Positions 24,649 through 35,094 are shown, counted from the stretch's first letter. The stretch: DNA of 53,223 nt from a virus (IMGVR_UViG_3300024952_000001:1-53223); one strand, 5' to 3'. The notes: generated by a model from the letters alone, not told the origin. Made by a program: numbers and translations.

Positions 24649-26401
24649 ACCGCCAAAGGTCATTGTATGTAGGCTTCTTGGCAGGCTGAGGTTTACCCTT
24701 GCCGTCTAGTCCTTCAACCTTTGTAACCTTGCCAGCATCATCCATGCGGAACATGCCAGATTTGTTGTTAATCATAAAGCCACCAACGCCATCAGATGTT
24801 ACTTTAGCGCTCTTGTCATTCATCTGGTCAAAGATAGCTTGCTGTTCTGGCGTTGCGCTCTTGTACCACATTGCTTCACGTACAGAAGTAGGCAATTTGT
24901 CATTGCCAGCGCCAGATTTTACAATATTGGTTTCTTCTCTGGTTTTTTCAGTATTGGCTATGCTGGCCTCGGTTGCTGCGTTGCTTTGGTTAATGTTGGC
25001 ACGCTTGCCTTGAAGGTCAAGTTTAATGCTTTCCGGCAGGCTTTCAAGCTTAATCTTGCCCTCTTGAATATCCTGATCAAGTTTTCTGAGTTGCCCATCC
25101 GTGAGCTTGTCTTTACGTGATTCTTCACGGTTAAGGCGTGCGGTTTCAATCTTGCGTGCAATACCATTAAGCATCATGGTAGGTGAAGCAAGGTTAGATA
25201 AGTCTTGCGTGATTTGATCTTCAATGCTGCCATCCTTCAAGTCATACACTTTCTCAAATGGCTTGCCAGTGCTTGAATCAACACCAGCTAACCTGGCCTT
25301 GCCGTCAGATGTTGGCTCCACTTTCAAATCGGTGTACGGCAATTCATCATTAGAGTGGCCGTTAGCAAGTGCAAGTAGCGCAGGCAACCCACCCTTACGC
25401 GCCTCAACAATCTTCTGCATGTACTCTTCTGACTTCATTTCAGTAGCCTGTTTAATCATTTGGAACGCTTGCGATTGATACTCTGGTTTGCTGTTCTCGC
25501 TGGTTAAGTAGGTCATGGCGCGATCTTGCATGGTTTGCCACATTGGCTTAGCCTGTGTTTGCGTTTTATCAGCTACGGCTAGGCCGCCATTGCTGCCTTT
25601 GGTGAACACCTCGTTACCAGTTGCGGATAAGCCTTGTTGTGCATAAAAGTTGCTGAAACGCTCTTGCTGCTCTGGTGTGGAGTTAGCCATGAAGTGTTTG
25701 GCTTTATCTAAACTAGTCAGGCCTTGTGCCGCAGGGTTCTTTTCGTCAAACGCCACTTTCCCATCTTTAGCTACTAACTGATCTTTTTCATTCCATGCTG
25801 GCGCATCTGCACTTGCATACTTTGATTCATTTGAGAATGATTGATGATATGGTGTTTTGTAAGTATCTGGAAAATGCATCTGTCCATCATTAGCATTAAC
25901 CTGTGTTCCGTTTTGGCCTTGTGATGCTACATCTTTCCAATAGCCGCGCATGTCATAATCTGCTTTTTCTGACGGATCAAACGGCACATTATTGTCTTTA
26001 ACCCATGAATTAAACTTTGATTCATCTTCGGCAGATAGTGATGTAGTGTAGTTTTTATTGTTTGGGTATTTAACATATTGGCTATTACGGCTTTCTGCAT
26101 CATCTCCACTAAATACTTTCGGCAAAGCCATTGTTAAGCCTTCTGCTGCAATATTAGTTTTATTTTTGTATTCAGGCTTAGAGTTTGCCGCAAGCTCCTC
26201 GTTAAGTCGCTTTTCCTTACGCCGCGCTTCTTGCTTCTCTTCAAAGTCTGCACGCGCACGCTCGTTTTCCTCCATACGGATTTTATCTAGCTCATCCTGA
26301 CGCTTTTTATCTTCCTTCTGCTTTTCACCAGCAAGGTAACCGTTACCAAAGCCAGCGGCAAAGCTAACCAAGCCACCTGCACCTCTATTACCTCTAGCCA
26401 T
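24647..26401 (-). CDS. Putative ejection/internal virion protein (584 aa)
   Basis: Gly-rich N-terminal helix then coiled coil; position in the ejection gene trio. Confidence 0.65.
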   Translation of the reverse strand: MARGNRGAGGLVSFAAGFGNGYLAGEKQKEDKKRQDELDKIRMEENERARADFEEKQEARRKEKRLNEELAANSKPEYKNKTNIAAEGLTMALPKVFSGDDAESRNSQYVKYPNNKNYTTSLSAEDESKFNSWVKDNNVPFDPSEKADYDMRGYWKDVASQGQNGTQVNANDGQMHFPDTYKTPYHQSFSNESKYASADAPAWNEKDQLVAKDGKVAFDEKNPAAQGLTSLDKAKHFMANSTPEQQERFSNFYAQQGLSATGNEVFTKGSNGGLAVADKTQTQAKPMWQTMQDRAMTYLTSENSKPEYQSQAFQMIKQATEMKSEEYMQKIVEARKGGLPALLALANGHSNDELPYTDLKVEPTSDGKARLAGVDSSTGKPFEKVYDLKDGSIEDQITQDLSNLASPTMMLNGIARKIETARLNREESRKDKLTDGQLRKLDQDIQEGKIKLESLPESIKLDLQGKRANINQSNAATEASIANTEKTREETNIVKSGAGNDKLPTSVREAMWYKSATPEQQAIFDQMNDKSAKVTSDGVGGFMINNKSGMFRMDDAGKVTKVEGLDGKGKPQPAKKPTYNDLWR

Positions 26402-28191
26402 TATTTACTGTCCTTTGCTAATTTATCCACTTTTTTAGCCAATGCTTTAGTCGCGGCCATTGTTACGCCTACTGCTGAAATTAAATCTACCATCTTGCCA
26501 TCAGACACTTGCTTGCCTAGGTTTTTGTGTAGATCCTGCGCCATTGCTCCGATGTGCTCTTTATTGTCAATATCCTTGAATTCTGCATCAGTTACCTTGT
26601 TAGGATCATATTTCCATTTAGAGATACCTGTTTTTTTGATACCTTCAAGCGCCTCATCTTCATTGATAGGTTTAATATCTTTTTTCATGCGCTTGTCAGA
26701 GTATTTGGCAAGCGCAGCTCCACCAACCTGCCCTAGCGCACCCCAAACTGCATCACCGCTGCCGCTGTTCGCATAGCCAGTTTGTGCGCCGACCATGCTA
26801 CTTAGGCCGCTTACTGCGGTTTGTTGGCCTTGCATAATTAAGCCGTTTGCTTGGTTGATCCCCTGCATGTATTGGTTGCTAGTCTGGTTTTGGTTGTTAA
26901 CTGCTGAATTACCTGCATTAGTGGCAAGGCTATATGAGCCTTGTGATGCCGCTGGCAAGTTACGGTACAAGCCTGCAACGTCCTGTTTCTTAGCTGTAGC
27001 AATCGCACTATCTTGAATTTTATAGTTACGATCAGCGGTCATGCCTTTTAGCTCTTCACTTACTTGGCCCACACCACGGCCATACATAGTTTGTGTTGCT
27101 GCCTTGCGCGTTTGATTTGCAGCCCCTGCCTGCGCCCCTGCCTGCTGTACTGCTTGTGCATTAGCATTAGTTAGCAACTTGTTAGGCGAGAATCCGTAAC
27201 GAATGCCTTGGCGAATTGCTGAGTTAACGGCATTGGTATAACCTGCGCGAGAATCTGCAACGGCCTGCCCTGCTTCGGCTTCAATGTCATCTGCATAGCG
27301 GTTATAAACCTGCGTATCTGTTTCACCAATACGCCCAGCAAGCTCATTATTCTTGTTAAGTATCTTATCGCGGCCAGCCTGATCTAGTGCGTCCATGCGA
27401 GCTTTGGCCTGCATTGCAAGCTTGGTCGTTAGCGCGTTAGTTTCAGGGGTATCATAAACGCTAGAAACTTCTGCAGCAGGCGTTGTATATTCAAAACTCT
27501 GAGTGCCTTGCTTAAGTTCTGGGCTAGTTTTTACCCATTGATTATTTTCATTAAGAACGTAGTAAGCGTTTTTATCTACAGCATCCCCAAAACTAACAGG
27601 CTGTGCGACCAGTGAATCTATGGTAGCCATGCCCCTTGTGTCTGGCATTGCGGTACCACTTCCGTAAAGTTTTGCACCGGATGGTAGGTCTGAACCTTTC
27701 TTTGCACCATCAGGGATGGCAAAAGATGATGTAGGAATTTCAAAAGACTTTGTTACAGCAGATGCAGCAGCTTTTTCTTGCGCCGCTGTTTTTTGAGTTG
27801 CCGTTTCAGAGGTTCTTAGCGCCTCAATTTGCTCTACCTCTTCCGGAGTAAAGCCCATCGCTTCATAGTAAAGTTGCTGCTCAACAGGTCTAGCGTATTG
27901 CTTCATGTAGTTGAAGTAATCATCGCCTTGCTCTTTGGTCATGTTCATTAAGCCAAGTTGCGCATTGACAACCGGCGTAGTGACAGACATATTCTGATCG
28001 TACTGGCGCTTGTTTTCAGCTAACTGAGCATCGCCTAGTTGCTTACCTAACACCGCTGCTTTATCGGCAGCTGCGGCTAATGCCGTAAAGTCCGGGGCAT
28101 CACCGCCACCCTTGCCGCCATCACCATAAAAGGTGAAAAAATCCGTCACCAAAAGGTGAGGACATAAAAATAATTTGAGCAAGCTAAACAT
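26401..28191 (-). CDS. Putative ejection protein with a C-terminal peptidase S74 chaperone-like domain
   Basis: GGKGGGDAPD N-terminus, Ala/Gln/Gly-rich body, SDKRMKKDI...HIGAMAQDL. Confidence 0.72.
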   Translation of the reverse strand: MFSLLKLFLCPHLLVTDFFTFYGDGGKGGGDAPDFTALAAAADKAAVLGKQLGDAQLAENKRQYDQNMSVTTPVVNAQLGLMNMTKEQGDDYFNYMKQYARPVEQQLYYEAMGFTPEEVEQIEALRTSETATQKTAAQEKAAASAVTKSFEIPTSSFAIPDGAKKGSDLPSGAKLYGSGTAMPDTRGMATIDSLVAQPVSFGDAVDKNAYYVLNENNQWVKTSPELKQGTQSFEYTTPAAEVSSVYDTPETNALTTKLAMQAKARMDALDQAGRDKILNKNNELAGRIGETDTQVYNRYADDIEAEAGQAVADSRAGYTNAVNSAIRQGIRYGFSPNKLLTNANAQAVQQAGAQAGAANQTRKAATQTMYGRGVGQVSEELKGMTADRNYKIQDSAIATAKKQDVAGLYRNLPAASQGSYSLATNAGNSAVNNQNQTSNQYMQGINQANGLIMQGQQTAVSGLSSMVGAQTGYANSGSGDAVWGALGQVGGAALAKYSDKRMKKDIKPINEDEALEGIKKTGISKWKYDPNKVTDAEFKDIDNKEHIGAMAQDLHKNLGKQVSDGKMVDLISAVGVTMAATKALAKKVDKLAKDSK

Positions 28192-28193
28192 TA

Positions 28194-28622
28194 CTACCCC
28201 TTAATCCATCTGCATTCATCACGATGCATTGTCAAAACAACTAGGTCACCATCAGATGCACCGTCTTTAATGCGTGTTGATTCTGTAAAGCCAATATGCT
28301 TAGTAAATTCTATTGAGCGCTGATTGCTTGAAGCTACGACATTGATAATTACCTTGCACTTAGCAACCTTGAAAACATACTCAAAACAAAACTTGAGTAA
28401 CTTTCTACTGCACCAATTCACGGCCTCGCCTGCGCAGTGCATTGAGCATCTAACCTCTGGGCTAAATGCATCAAACGCCACGCCTGCAATTAAATTGCCG
28501 TGCTCATCTTCTACACCAACGGCGTTATAAGTGTTGGCAGGAGCGAAGGGGGACGCTCTGCCTACACGTTTATAAAGCCATTGGTTAACACGCTCTTTAT
28601 CATCAGTTACTAAGCGCCTCAT
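28194..28622 (-). CDS. GNAT-family protein
   Basis: VASSNQRSIEFTKHIGF; conserved position between tail nozzle and ejection genes. Confidence 0.8.
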   Translation of the reverse strand: MRRLVTDDKERVNQWLYKRVGRASPFAPANTYNAVGVEDEHGNLIAGVAFDAFSPEVRCSMHCAGEAVNWCSRKLLKFCFEYVFKVAKCKVIINVVASSNQRSIEFTKHIGFTESTRIKDGASDGDLVVLTMHRDECRWIKG

Positions 28623-28804
28623 TGCAGCCTTTCAATAATTTCATTGATTTTGGCTATTACATCACTACTACTTGCATCTGCATTTAGTGGTTTAATCGGC
28701 TCACCACGCCTACCCATAATGATCTCTAAGCATTCTTTGACAGGCTTGTTAAACCTCTCATTGGCACTGTCTTTTGGTAATGATGGAATGGCAGGCTTAC
28801 GCAT
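28619..28804 (-). CDS. Small virion-associated hypothetical protein
   Basis: Overlaps both neighbours; DVIAKINEIIERLQ. Confidence 0.7.
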   Translation of the reverse strand: MRKPAIPSLPKDSANERFNKPVKECLEIIMGRRGEPIKPLNADASSSDVIAKINEIIERLQ

Positions 28805-30827
28805 TTCTTAATGCATCCATGCTATCGGCTATGCGTATTTCTTTAACTTTGCACTGGCTAAACACCTCTACTGAAAATACATCTGACTTGTAACCGTCTG
28901 GCAACCGGAAAGCTTTGTTGTTTTCGACTACGCGAGAAATCACAATTTCATCTTGATTCTTACGAAGTACAAACGTCACTCGGTTAGCTGGTGGGTTATC
29001 TGGAACTTTCTGTAACGATGTTGCATGCAGTCCATTTTCATTAAATCCATAGAAGTTAATGCTTCCTTTAATGTTTCCAGTAAGCAATAGTGCCGCATTG
29101 GCCGCTTCTGCTGAGGCAATCGCAGCGTTAATTGAGGCTTGTGTAGCAACGTCAATCGCCGCATCAAATTCAATCTTTGCCGCTGCCATATTTGCTGGAG
29201 TAGGTAATACAAAGTCTTTACTACGCCATGACGCATTTAATGGGTACGTGTCTGCACTATCCCATGCCTTAATGCCATCAACATCAGATATAAAAAGCTC
29301 GCTGGTAGATTCATCTGCATACAGTTCATGCGCCTGCACGTCTGCCGTAACTAATAAGTCACCGTCTAATATCAACATTGCACGTGAATCATCCTCACGC
29401 TGATAGCTAATATACAGTCTGCCGTAAGCCGTGGCACTTACCATTGATGCAGGATTGAGTAGTTGCCATTCGTCTTTAGTGTAAAAGCGATCTGACAGCA
29501 GACTAACGCCAGAAGAGCCGGCATAGACAAGTCCATGAGCCGAAGCATAAACAAGCCCATCGCCGTACTCAATCATGCTACGTTTTGATAAGCATGGATA
29601 AAGTGAATTGATTTTTTCCATACTCATTGAAGTCGGGTCAACACCAGAGGCCATATAGGGGATGCCTTTAGTGCCTACTCCTATTTCACTGCCAAATGTG
29701 CCGATTGCTACAATGTCGCTATCAGTGCTCATCTGGTAACCGATAGGCCATGCGTGCGGTTGATAAGGTTCTGAAAGGCACAGTAGGTTACCAACAAAGG
29801 CAATGACTGAACCAGAGGAGTGAACCTTAAACCCTTTCAATCCTACTGGCGGCTGTTCCCATCCACTTGATATTAGTTCGTCACCAAGAATATTGGCATC
29901 TGATATATTGTCATTGAATGAAGTGCCTACATCATCACTTACTAACTGGACGGTACCGGTCAACCCAGTAGAACGGTAAAGTCGGCGCTTCATTCCTGAT
30001 AGGTTGAGGGGTACTGTTCTTGTCCATGTGTCTGCCGTATCTGTTGCGTTGTTGTAGGCGCCGGTTGGCGTGTTTTTAACGGTAAACTTCATCGTCTTGG
30101 CTGTTAAGTTAGCCTCGGTAAGTGTCCATGTTCCATTAACGTTAGTAGCAGTAGTAACGCCTGCAATCGTAACCTGCTCACCTGCTCGATTAAAATGCTG
30201 CGCTGTAGTGGTGATAGTTACATTTTTGCCACTGTACGAGATTGCGCTTATGTCACCGCTATTGATTGGCAACTCCCCTATACCAGTAATCGCCCAAGTA
30301 TCATCAACCTTACCGGTAACCAAGTCAGATACAGGCGCTGGTGCAGATTCTTCACCAAGGTTTGAAAAGTATGTAAATGTGTAAATGCGAGTAGTTGCGG
30401 CACCAACGCCGCCAGATGGCGCAACACTAACCTTTGCGATTGGTGTAGGGATGCCTAGCGCATATTCAGTTGCAGGGTAGTCATTGTTGCCACTAGATAT
30501 AATCTGAGAGTAAGTCGCAATCTTTGGAATGCCATCACCAGACCAAACAAAGCGCGGCTCAACGTCAGACGATAACGGCACGCGCACCGCATCAACATCA
30601 ATCGGCCATGTTAACCAAGCATTCTGGTCTAAATACCATGCTCTAAATATTGATAGTGCTGGTAGTGACTTATTTGGTTCATTGATAAGCTTTGGCGCAC
30701 GCAATGGCACCATGTTGCCGGATTGCAACTTGATGTTATTAGCTACAACAGAATTACTGTCGCCTATAAGGCGTTCACCGGTGCGCGGAATGATGCCGCC
30801 AAATGGCGATATTCTTAGCATAACCAT
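28797..30827 (-). CDS. Tail tubular/nozzle (stabilisation) protein
   Basis: FGGIIPR N-terminus, SEPYQPHAWP, beta-rich, WRSKDF; podovirus gene order. Confidence 0.7.
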   Translation of the reverse strand: MVMLRISPFGGIIPRTGERLIGDSNSVVANNIKLQSGNMVPLRAPKLINEPNKSLPALSIFRAWYLDQNAWLTWPIDVDAVRVPLSSDVEPRFVWSGDGIPKIATYSQIISSGNNDYPATEYALGIPTPIAKVSVAPSGGVGAATTRIYTFTYFSNLGEESAPAPVSDLVTGKVDDTWAITGIGELPINSGDISAISYSGKNVTITTTAQHFNRAGEQVTIAGVTTATNVNGTWTLTEANLTAKTMKFTVKNTPTGAYNNATDTADTWTRTVPLNLSGMKRRLYRSTGLTGTVQLVSDDVGTSFNDNISDANILGDELISSGWEQPPVGLKGFKVHSSGSVIAFVGNLLCLSEPYQPHAWPIGYQMSTDSDIVAIGTFGSEIGVGTKGIPYMASGVDPTSMSMEKINSLYPCLSKRSMIEYGDGLVYASAHGLVYAGSSGVSLLSDRFYTKDEWQLLNPASMVSATAYGRLYISYQREDDSRAMLILDGDLLVTADVQAHELYADESTSELFISDVDGIKAWDSADTYPLNASWRSKDFVLPTPANMAAAKIEFDAAIDVATQASINAAIASAEAANAALLLTGNIKGSINFYGFNENGLHATSLQKVPDNPPANRVTFVLRKNQDEIVISRVVENNKAFRLPDGYKSDVFSVEVFSQCKVKEIRIADSMDALRNA

Positions 30828-31411
30828 TACTGGCTGCCCTCACCGCCGCATTTACGATTGCTACACACACCATCAATCCAACCACGCGCCAGGTTGAAGT
30901 CGGCGGTAGTTACTGCGCACGCTTCTTCGACAATTGATAATCGAGTATCGGCTGCGTCAAGCTTTCGCCTGCAGCTGGCAGATTGCTCGGTATCGCTGGT
31001 AGCTTCGCCTGAGGCACTGCGACTACCTGCTTCGAGCAACATGCGGTCAGCATAAGAAGCAAGCCTAAAATCAGCATTGGTTTTGTTAGCATATAAATTA
31101 CTCACTTTCTTTTGAAGTTGCGACCTATCTACATTTAAAGCGGCAATGGTTGATTTGTGCTTATTGACTTCCAGCGCCACTGCCTTTTGCGTATTGGCTT
31201 CTATGATCTGATTCTTTTGTGCTTGTAGCTCGGCCTCTTGCTTTACCAGAGCAATGTATTCTTTGAAGTCTTGCTTCTCCTGCTCAAACGAGCTTTTGTA
31301 GTGCCAGATAGCTACCAGCATGAGCACCACCAGCACAATGCGCCAGTGCGTGATTAGTAACTGGGATAGGGATTTAAACTTACCTAGTAACCACAAGCCA
31401 AAAGTAATCAT
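30827..31411 (-). CDS. i-spanin (Rz-like)
   Basis: N-terminal TM plus coiled coil, after the endolysin, containing an embedded lipoprotein ORF. Confidence 0.8.
   Translation of the reverse strand: MITFGLWLLGKFKSLSQLLITHWRIVLVVLMLVAIWHYKSSFEQEKQDFKEYIALVKQEAELQAQKNQIIEANTQKAVALEVNKHKSTIAALNVDRSQLQKKVSNLYANKTNADFRLASYADRMLLEAGSRSASGEATSDTEQSASCRRKLDAADTRLSIVEEACAVTTADFNLARGWIDGVCSNRKCGGEGSQ
30910..31092 (-). CDS. o-spanin (Rz1-like), embedded
   Basis: Lipobox LTAC, Pro-rich mature part, nested in an alternate frame of the i-spanin. Confidence 0.8.
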   Translation of the reverse strand: MLTKPMLILGLLLMLTACCSKQVVAVPQAKLPAIPSNLPAAGESLTQPILDYQLSKKRAQ

Positions 31412-31875
31412 TAATCTAACTCCACAAATTCCAACGGATCTAATCTGTTAGCCGTACCTAATCCACACACTTGCTTGGTGCGTATCTCAAAATGCAAGTG
31501 GCCGCCTTTAGCAATAGTTTCCATACCAGCGGCATTGCCGGTGCTGCCAGTTTTGCCAATCCAGCCGCCTGCATTAATCTTGTCGCCTACTTTTACCGCG
31601 ACTAGGCTTAGGTGCGCATAGAATGCATATAGTGGTTTGCCTTCGTGCTCAAATTGAAGCGTGACTGTGTAGCCGTAGCCGTCATGCCCCATGTTTACGC
31701 CAACGATAGTGCCGTCAGCAACCGCAAGTACCATATCGCCCTTGTTGGCTTGTAAATCAATACCCTGGTGCGCACGCTTTGAGCCGTCCGCATTTCTACG
31801 CACTAGCCCAAACTTAGCGCTATTCACACTAGCCAAGCCTGCTGTGCGTAACTTACAAATCTTTAGTGGTTTCAT
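31411..31875 (-). CDS. M23-family peptidase, probable endolysin
   Basis: HQGID, YAHL, GSTG, HLHFE; between holins and spanins. Confidence 0.88.
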   Translation of the reverse strand: MKPLKICKLRTAGLASVNSAKFGLVRRNADGSKRAHQGIDLQANKGDMVLAVADGTIVGVNMGHDGYGYTVTLQFEHEGKPLYAFYAHLSLVAVKVGDKINAGGWIGKTGSTGNAAGMETIAKGGHLHFEIRTKQVCGLGTANRLDPLEFVELD

Positions 31876-32102
31876 TACGCCCTACTTTCTGAATAAACCT
31901 TAAATACAAAACCTTGCAATACTGAGATAGGCGCTGTCACCGCTGCTATAATCAAAGCTACATCCGCACCGGTCTTTTCTGTTGCTGTTGCAAATATTGC
32001 AGCCCATGCGAATGCTTCCCAAGTCATCCAGACGGTCACATAAAGAACAAATGAGCGAACTGAAATAAAGTTCTTTGCATCTGCCCACCTGATGAATTTC
32101 AC
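31875..32102 (-). CDS. Holin-like two-TM protein
   Basis: Two hydrophobic helices; lysis cassette. Confidence 0.65.
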   Translation of the reverse strand: MKFIRWADAKNFISVRSFVLYVTVWMTWEAFAWAAIFATATEKTGADVALIIAAVTAPISVLQGFVFKVYSESRA

Positions 32103-32353
32103 TTGTCAGCCTTTCCATCAAGCTTTGCTTCTATCTTGTCTAGCTTTGCAAATAGCGCAGAACCTAGCTTGTCCATATCGTCACGCTTAACGTAAGTACC
32201 AGCTACTAGCACTTCAATATGCTGCACCTTGTCAGCAAGTAATGAGTCCTGTTTTCTCAACTCATCAATAGATGACTTCAAGTTATTCAAAACCCACCCC
32301 CCTAAAGCACCAACTAAGCCAATAGATATGTTGATAATTGTCTGCGCTTCCAT
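32099..32353 (-). CDS. Single-TM coiled-coil protein (holin/antiholin-like)
   Basis: N-terminal TM; YVKRDD...LDKIEAKLDGKADK. Confidence 0.6.
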   Translation of the reverse strand: MEAQTIINISIGLVGALGGWVLNNLKSSIDELRKQDSLLADKVQHIEVLVAGTYVKRDDMDKLGSALFAKLDKIEAKLDGKADK

Positions 32354-32371
32354 CTACAACCTTTCTTATTT

Positions 32372-32815
32372 TTATTTAACTCTTATCTTTTCAAAATTCA
32401 GCATTAGCAACTGCTGGGGTGTAATCCGGTGATAAAACTTACTATCAAACGGCCGCTGCCCTCCTGCCGCTAAAATACTTGCAACCAATTCAGCGCATGA
32501 CCACTTATCATCTTCTTGCCAGTTACGTTTTAGCCCAATGCCAATCACACCCAACCAATCGTATTGCTTGCCTAGCTGACCAATTGCAAAGGCCTCACTA
32601 GCTGCAATATCACTTACCGGCACATGCATCACGACTGCCTTAGAAGATATAGCCAAACGCTCATTCACTTTATTCAGTACAACGCCATCCCCTGCGATTG
32701 CACCGATAAGCTGCGTGTTATCAAGAATCAAATCAACATGGCTATACTCAGACCAAGTAACAAAACGGATAAGCCAAGAGCCTATGTGATGCCTGCGGCT
32801 GAATAAGAGCTTCAT
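32372..32815 (-). CDS. Permuted papain-like NlpC/P60 (YiiX/YaeF-like) protein
   Basis: SEYSHV, LGKQYD and WSCAELV in His-before-Cys order. Confidence 0.8.
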   Translation of the reverse strand: MKLLFSRRHHIGSWLIRFVTWSEYSHVDLILDNTQLIGAIAGDGVVLNKVNERLAISSKAVVMHVPVSDIAASEAFAIGQLGKQYDWLGVIGIGLKRNWQEDDKWSCAELVASILAAGGQRPFDSKFYHRITPQQLLMLNFEKIRVK

Positions 32816-32819
32816 GGCT

Positions 32820-33335
32820 TTACCAAGTAATTGCCGCTACTTGCTCGGCGGTAGTTGCAGAGGCGAGCTGAGATTTCAAAGATTGGCTTTTTGTAAAGTT
32901 AGCCTGCCCCTGAGCAATCATGCTGTCGTAAAACGCATTCCAAGTTGCAACGTCTTGAATTGGTAGTATGCTGTTATCGACGGCTTTCCATCCACCTACC
33001 CAATTTGGTGGCAACGCTTGTCTTGTCGCAACATGACCATTTATCGCATCAATGTCGCTTCTGCTTAACTGATCGCACGCGAAGAATTTACCAAGGTGCG
33101 AGAATGTTGTTTGATTAGCTGCTAATCTCTCTTTGTTGATTTCATCATTCTTATCAGCTTTAAGATCAGCTAAACTCTTACTTTGCGGCTGAACATTAAC
33201 CACGGTAATGCCATAGCCCAACAAATCAGATTCAGGCATCGCAGATAACCAGCCAATAGGGTAAGACGCGCCTAGCTCGTCCTTGAACCCTGTCTTATCC
33301 GAAATTTCCACTCCGTTTAGAAAAAATCTTTTCAT
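32820..33335 (-). CDS. DUF4376-like tail fibre assembly protein
   Basis: WKAVDNS and C-terminal ATTAEQVAAITW. Confidence 0.75.
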   Translation of the reverse strand: MKRFFLNGVEISDKTGFKDELGASYPIGWLSAMPESDLLGYGITVVNVQPQSKSLADLKADKNDEINKERLAANQTTFSHLGKFFACDQLSRSDIDAINGHVATRQALPPNWVGGWKAVDNSILPIQDVATWNAFYDSMIAQGQANFTKSQSLKSQLASATTAEQVAAITW

Positions 33336-34057
33336 TAAATTACCGCTCCGTTTCTAGTCCCTGTGTTCAACCAAGTAACAAAAGAGTTTCCTGAGATATA
33401 TGCACCGCGCGCACCACCAGCTCCACCAGCGGCACCGCCACAAAATGGGTAAGTAGCCGGACAGCCAATAGGCTCTGTGGAAGTAGCACCACTACCAGCA
33501 GAGCCATTTGAACCATTAACACCAGTAGTACCGCCAGATGCACCAGCAGCACCATTTGCTGTTACGCTGCAAAAGTAGGTATTAGATGTTGTGCCTCCGT
33601 AGGAGCTGCAATAGGAAGCGCCTCCACTCCCAAGTGGTTTATAGGAAGCCCCATTACCGCCATTACCTCCACTACCAGCGTTGATTGTTCCTTGGTTGTC
33701 AATTGTCACTGCGCTAGATGCTAAGAAAGCGTTACCACCATTACCACCAACTCCACTATTGGAGGCTCCACCAGCACCGCCTTTGCCAAGTATTGAACCG
33801 TAATTAATTACCTTAACAATTGAGCCTGTTGGGAACGTAGAACCTGTTTGAAGCGCTGGTGTAGATGTTGAGGTGGATGTAACGGAAATGCCAGAATTGA
33901 TGGTCAGAGTTAAATTGACTGGCGATACACCATCCCATCCAGCAGCTACCGCAAGTGTTCTTATATTAAGATCGGATGCATTTGCTGAAACCACAAGATT
34001 GAGTGTCAGCATCCCTCCAGTAACAAGTTGTGCTATTAAGCCAGCAGGAATTGTCAT
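33335..34057 (-). CDS. Gly-rich tail fibre tip/adhesin
   Basis: Gly-rich GKGGAGG/GGNGG segments and LTLTINSG..INYGSILG pattern, reminiscent of gp38-type adhesins. Confidence 0.65.
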   Translation of the reverse strand: MTIPAGLIAQLVTGGMLTLNLVVSANASDLNIRTLAVAAGWDGVSPVNLTLTINSGISVTSTSTSTPALQTGSTFPTGSIVKVINYGSILGKGGAGGASNSGVGGNGGNAFLASSAVTIDNQGTINAGSGGNGGNGASYKPLGSGGASYCSSYGGTTSNTYFCSVTANGAAGASGGTTGVNGSNGSAGSGATSTEPIGCPATYPFCGGAAGGAGGARGAYISGNSFVTWLNTGTRNGAVI

Positions 34058-35091
34058 TACTTCACATCCTTGGCTGGGCTAATAAAGATACGTGTAGATG
34101 TTTCTACGTAATATGCTAAGTAATCTACTGCATTAGCTGCGGTAGATAGAGATGGAGCTGTACCACTTGTAAATTTGTAATTGGCTGCGTAAGTGAGTAA
34201 CCGGCTGCCTGTTGCATCTTGAGTGACCGCAATAATTCCTGATTGACCAGCCACGGCATTTGTTGGATTTGCTAATTGTCTTGTTGCGCCAACCGCTGAG
34301 GTCATGAGCAATGAAAAATTGTTAGAAAGCGCCAAATTCAAGGCTACTGGTGAAGCATCTGTAAGCGCAGTAACCTTACCTCGCTGTCCAGCATCCCACT
34401 GTTGGGCCACATTTAATTTGGCCGTTAGTGCATCGTATGCCTGTATGGTTGTGCCAATTGCGGCAGTTAATGCAGCGTTTATAGCTGTTGTAGTAGCCGA
34501 AGCAGTGGTGTATATCCCATCAAAGTAAGTCTTAAGCGTTGCCTTTACGTTTGCCCACGTAACTTTTTTGAGTGCATTGGATTGCGCGCTGTCAATAAGC
34601 CCCATCGTGTCCGCATCTACTGGTGTAGCTTTTGCGGTCGCGGCATTGATTGATAACTCTTTGCCGTTTAGCTCAGTTTGCAACTCATCGAGGGCCGCTT
34701 GCACCGTTGTTGCAGTTAGGTTGCCAGAAGGTGTGTTGCTAATAGCAGACGCTGCATGCGCACCGGATGTATCGTCTATATGGTCAAATAACGGTTGAGC
34801 CTCGCCTGCTGTCATTCGTAATTCAACGCTATCAGCTGCCGCCCATGCGCGTGCGGTTGTCCCCTCTTGCCCACGAACAATAGTCATTGAATCAGATGCG
34901 CCAACTCGAGCCGTGACTTTTATTATTTCTCGATTGCCGCTGGCATCTTCAAGAGTTAGTATTGTATGGTTTGGTGCTGTAACTACAGGGAACCTATCCC
35001 CATGCCCTGTTTGCACCGTTAAAGTTGTTGCTACATTGGTAAGTGAACCTGCCAATGTGCTGAATGCGTTATTCTTTGCCTGATATGTCAT
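34057..35091 (-). CDS. Tail fibre protein
   Basis: N-terminal anchor NNAFSTLAG..RGQEGTTARAW; ATTVQAALDEL; C-terminal beta domain. Confidence 0.75.
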   Translation of the reverse strand: MTYQAKNNAFSTLAGSLTNVATTLTVQTGHGDRFPVVTAPNHTILTLEDASGNREIIKVTARVGASDSMTIVRGQEGTTARAWAAADSVELRMTAGEAQPLFDHIDDTSGAHAASAISNTPSGNLTATTVQAALDELQTELNGKELSINAATAKATPVDADTMGLIDSAQSNALKKVTWANVKATLKTYFDGIYTTASATTTAINAALTAAIGTTIQAYDALTAKLNVAQQWDAGQRGKVTALTDASPVALNLALSNNFSLLMTSAVGATRQLANPTNAVAGQSGIIAVTQDATGSRLLTYAANYKFTSGTAPSLSTAANAVDYLAYYVETSTRIFISPAKDVK

Positions 35092-35094
35092 CTG

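Noticed and set aside
33335-35091. Diversity-generating retroelement targeting the tail fibre
   Set aside because: No reverse transcriptase among the ORFs and no TR/VR repeat pair seen
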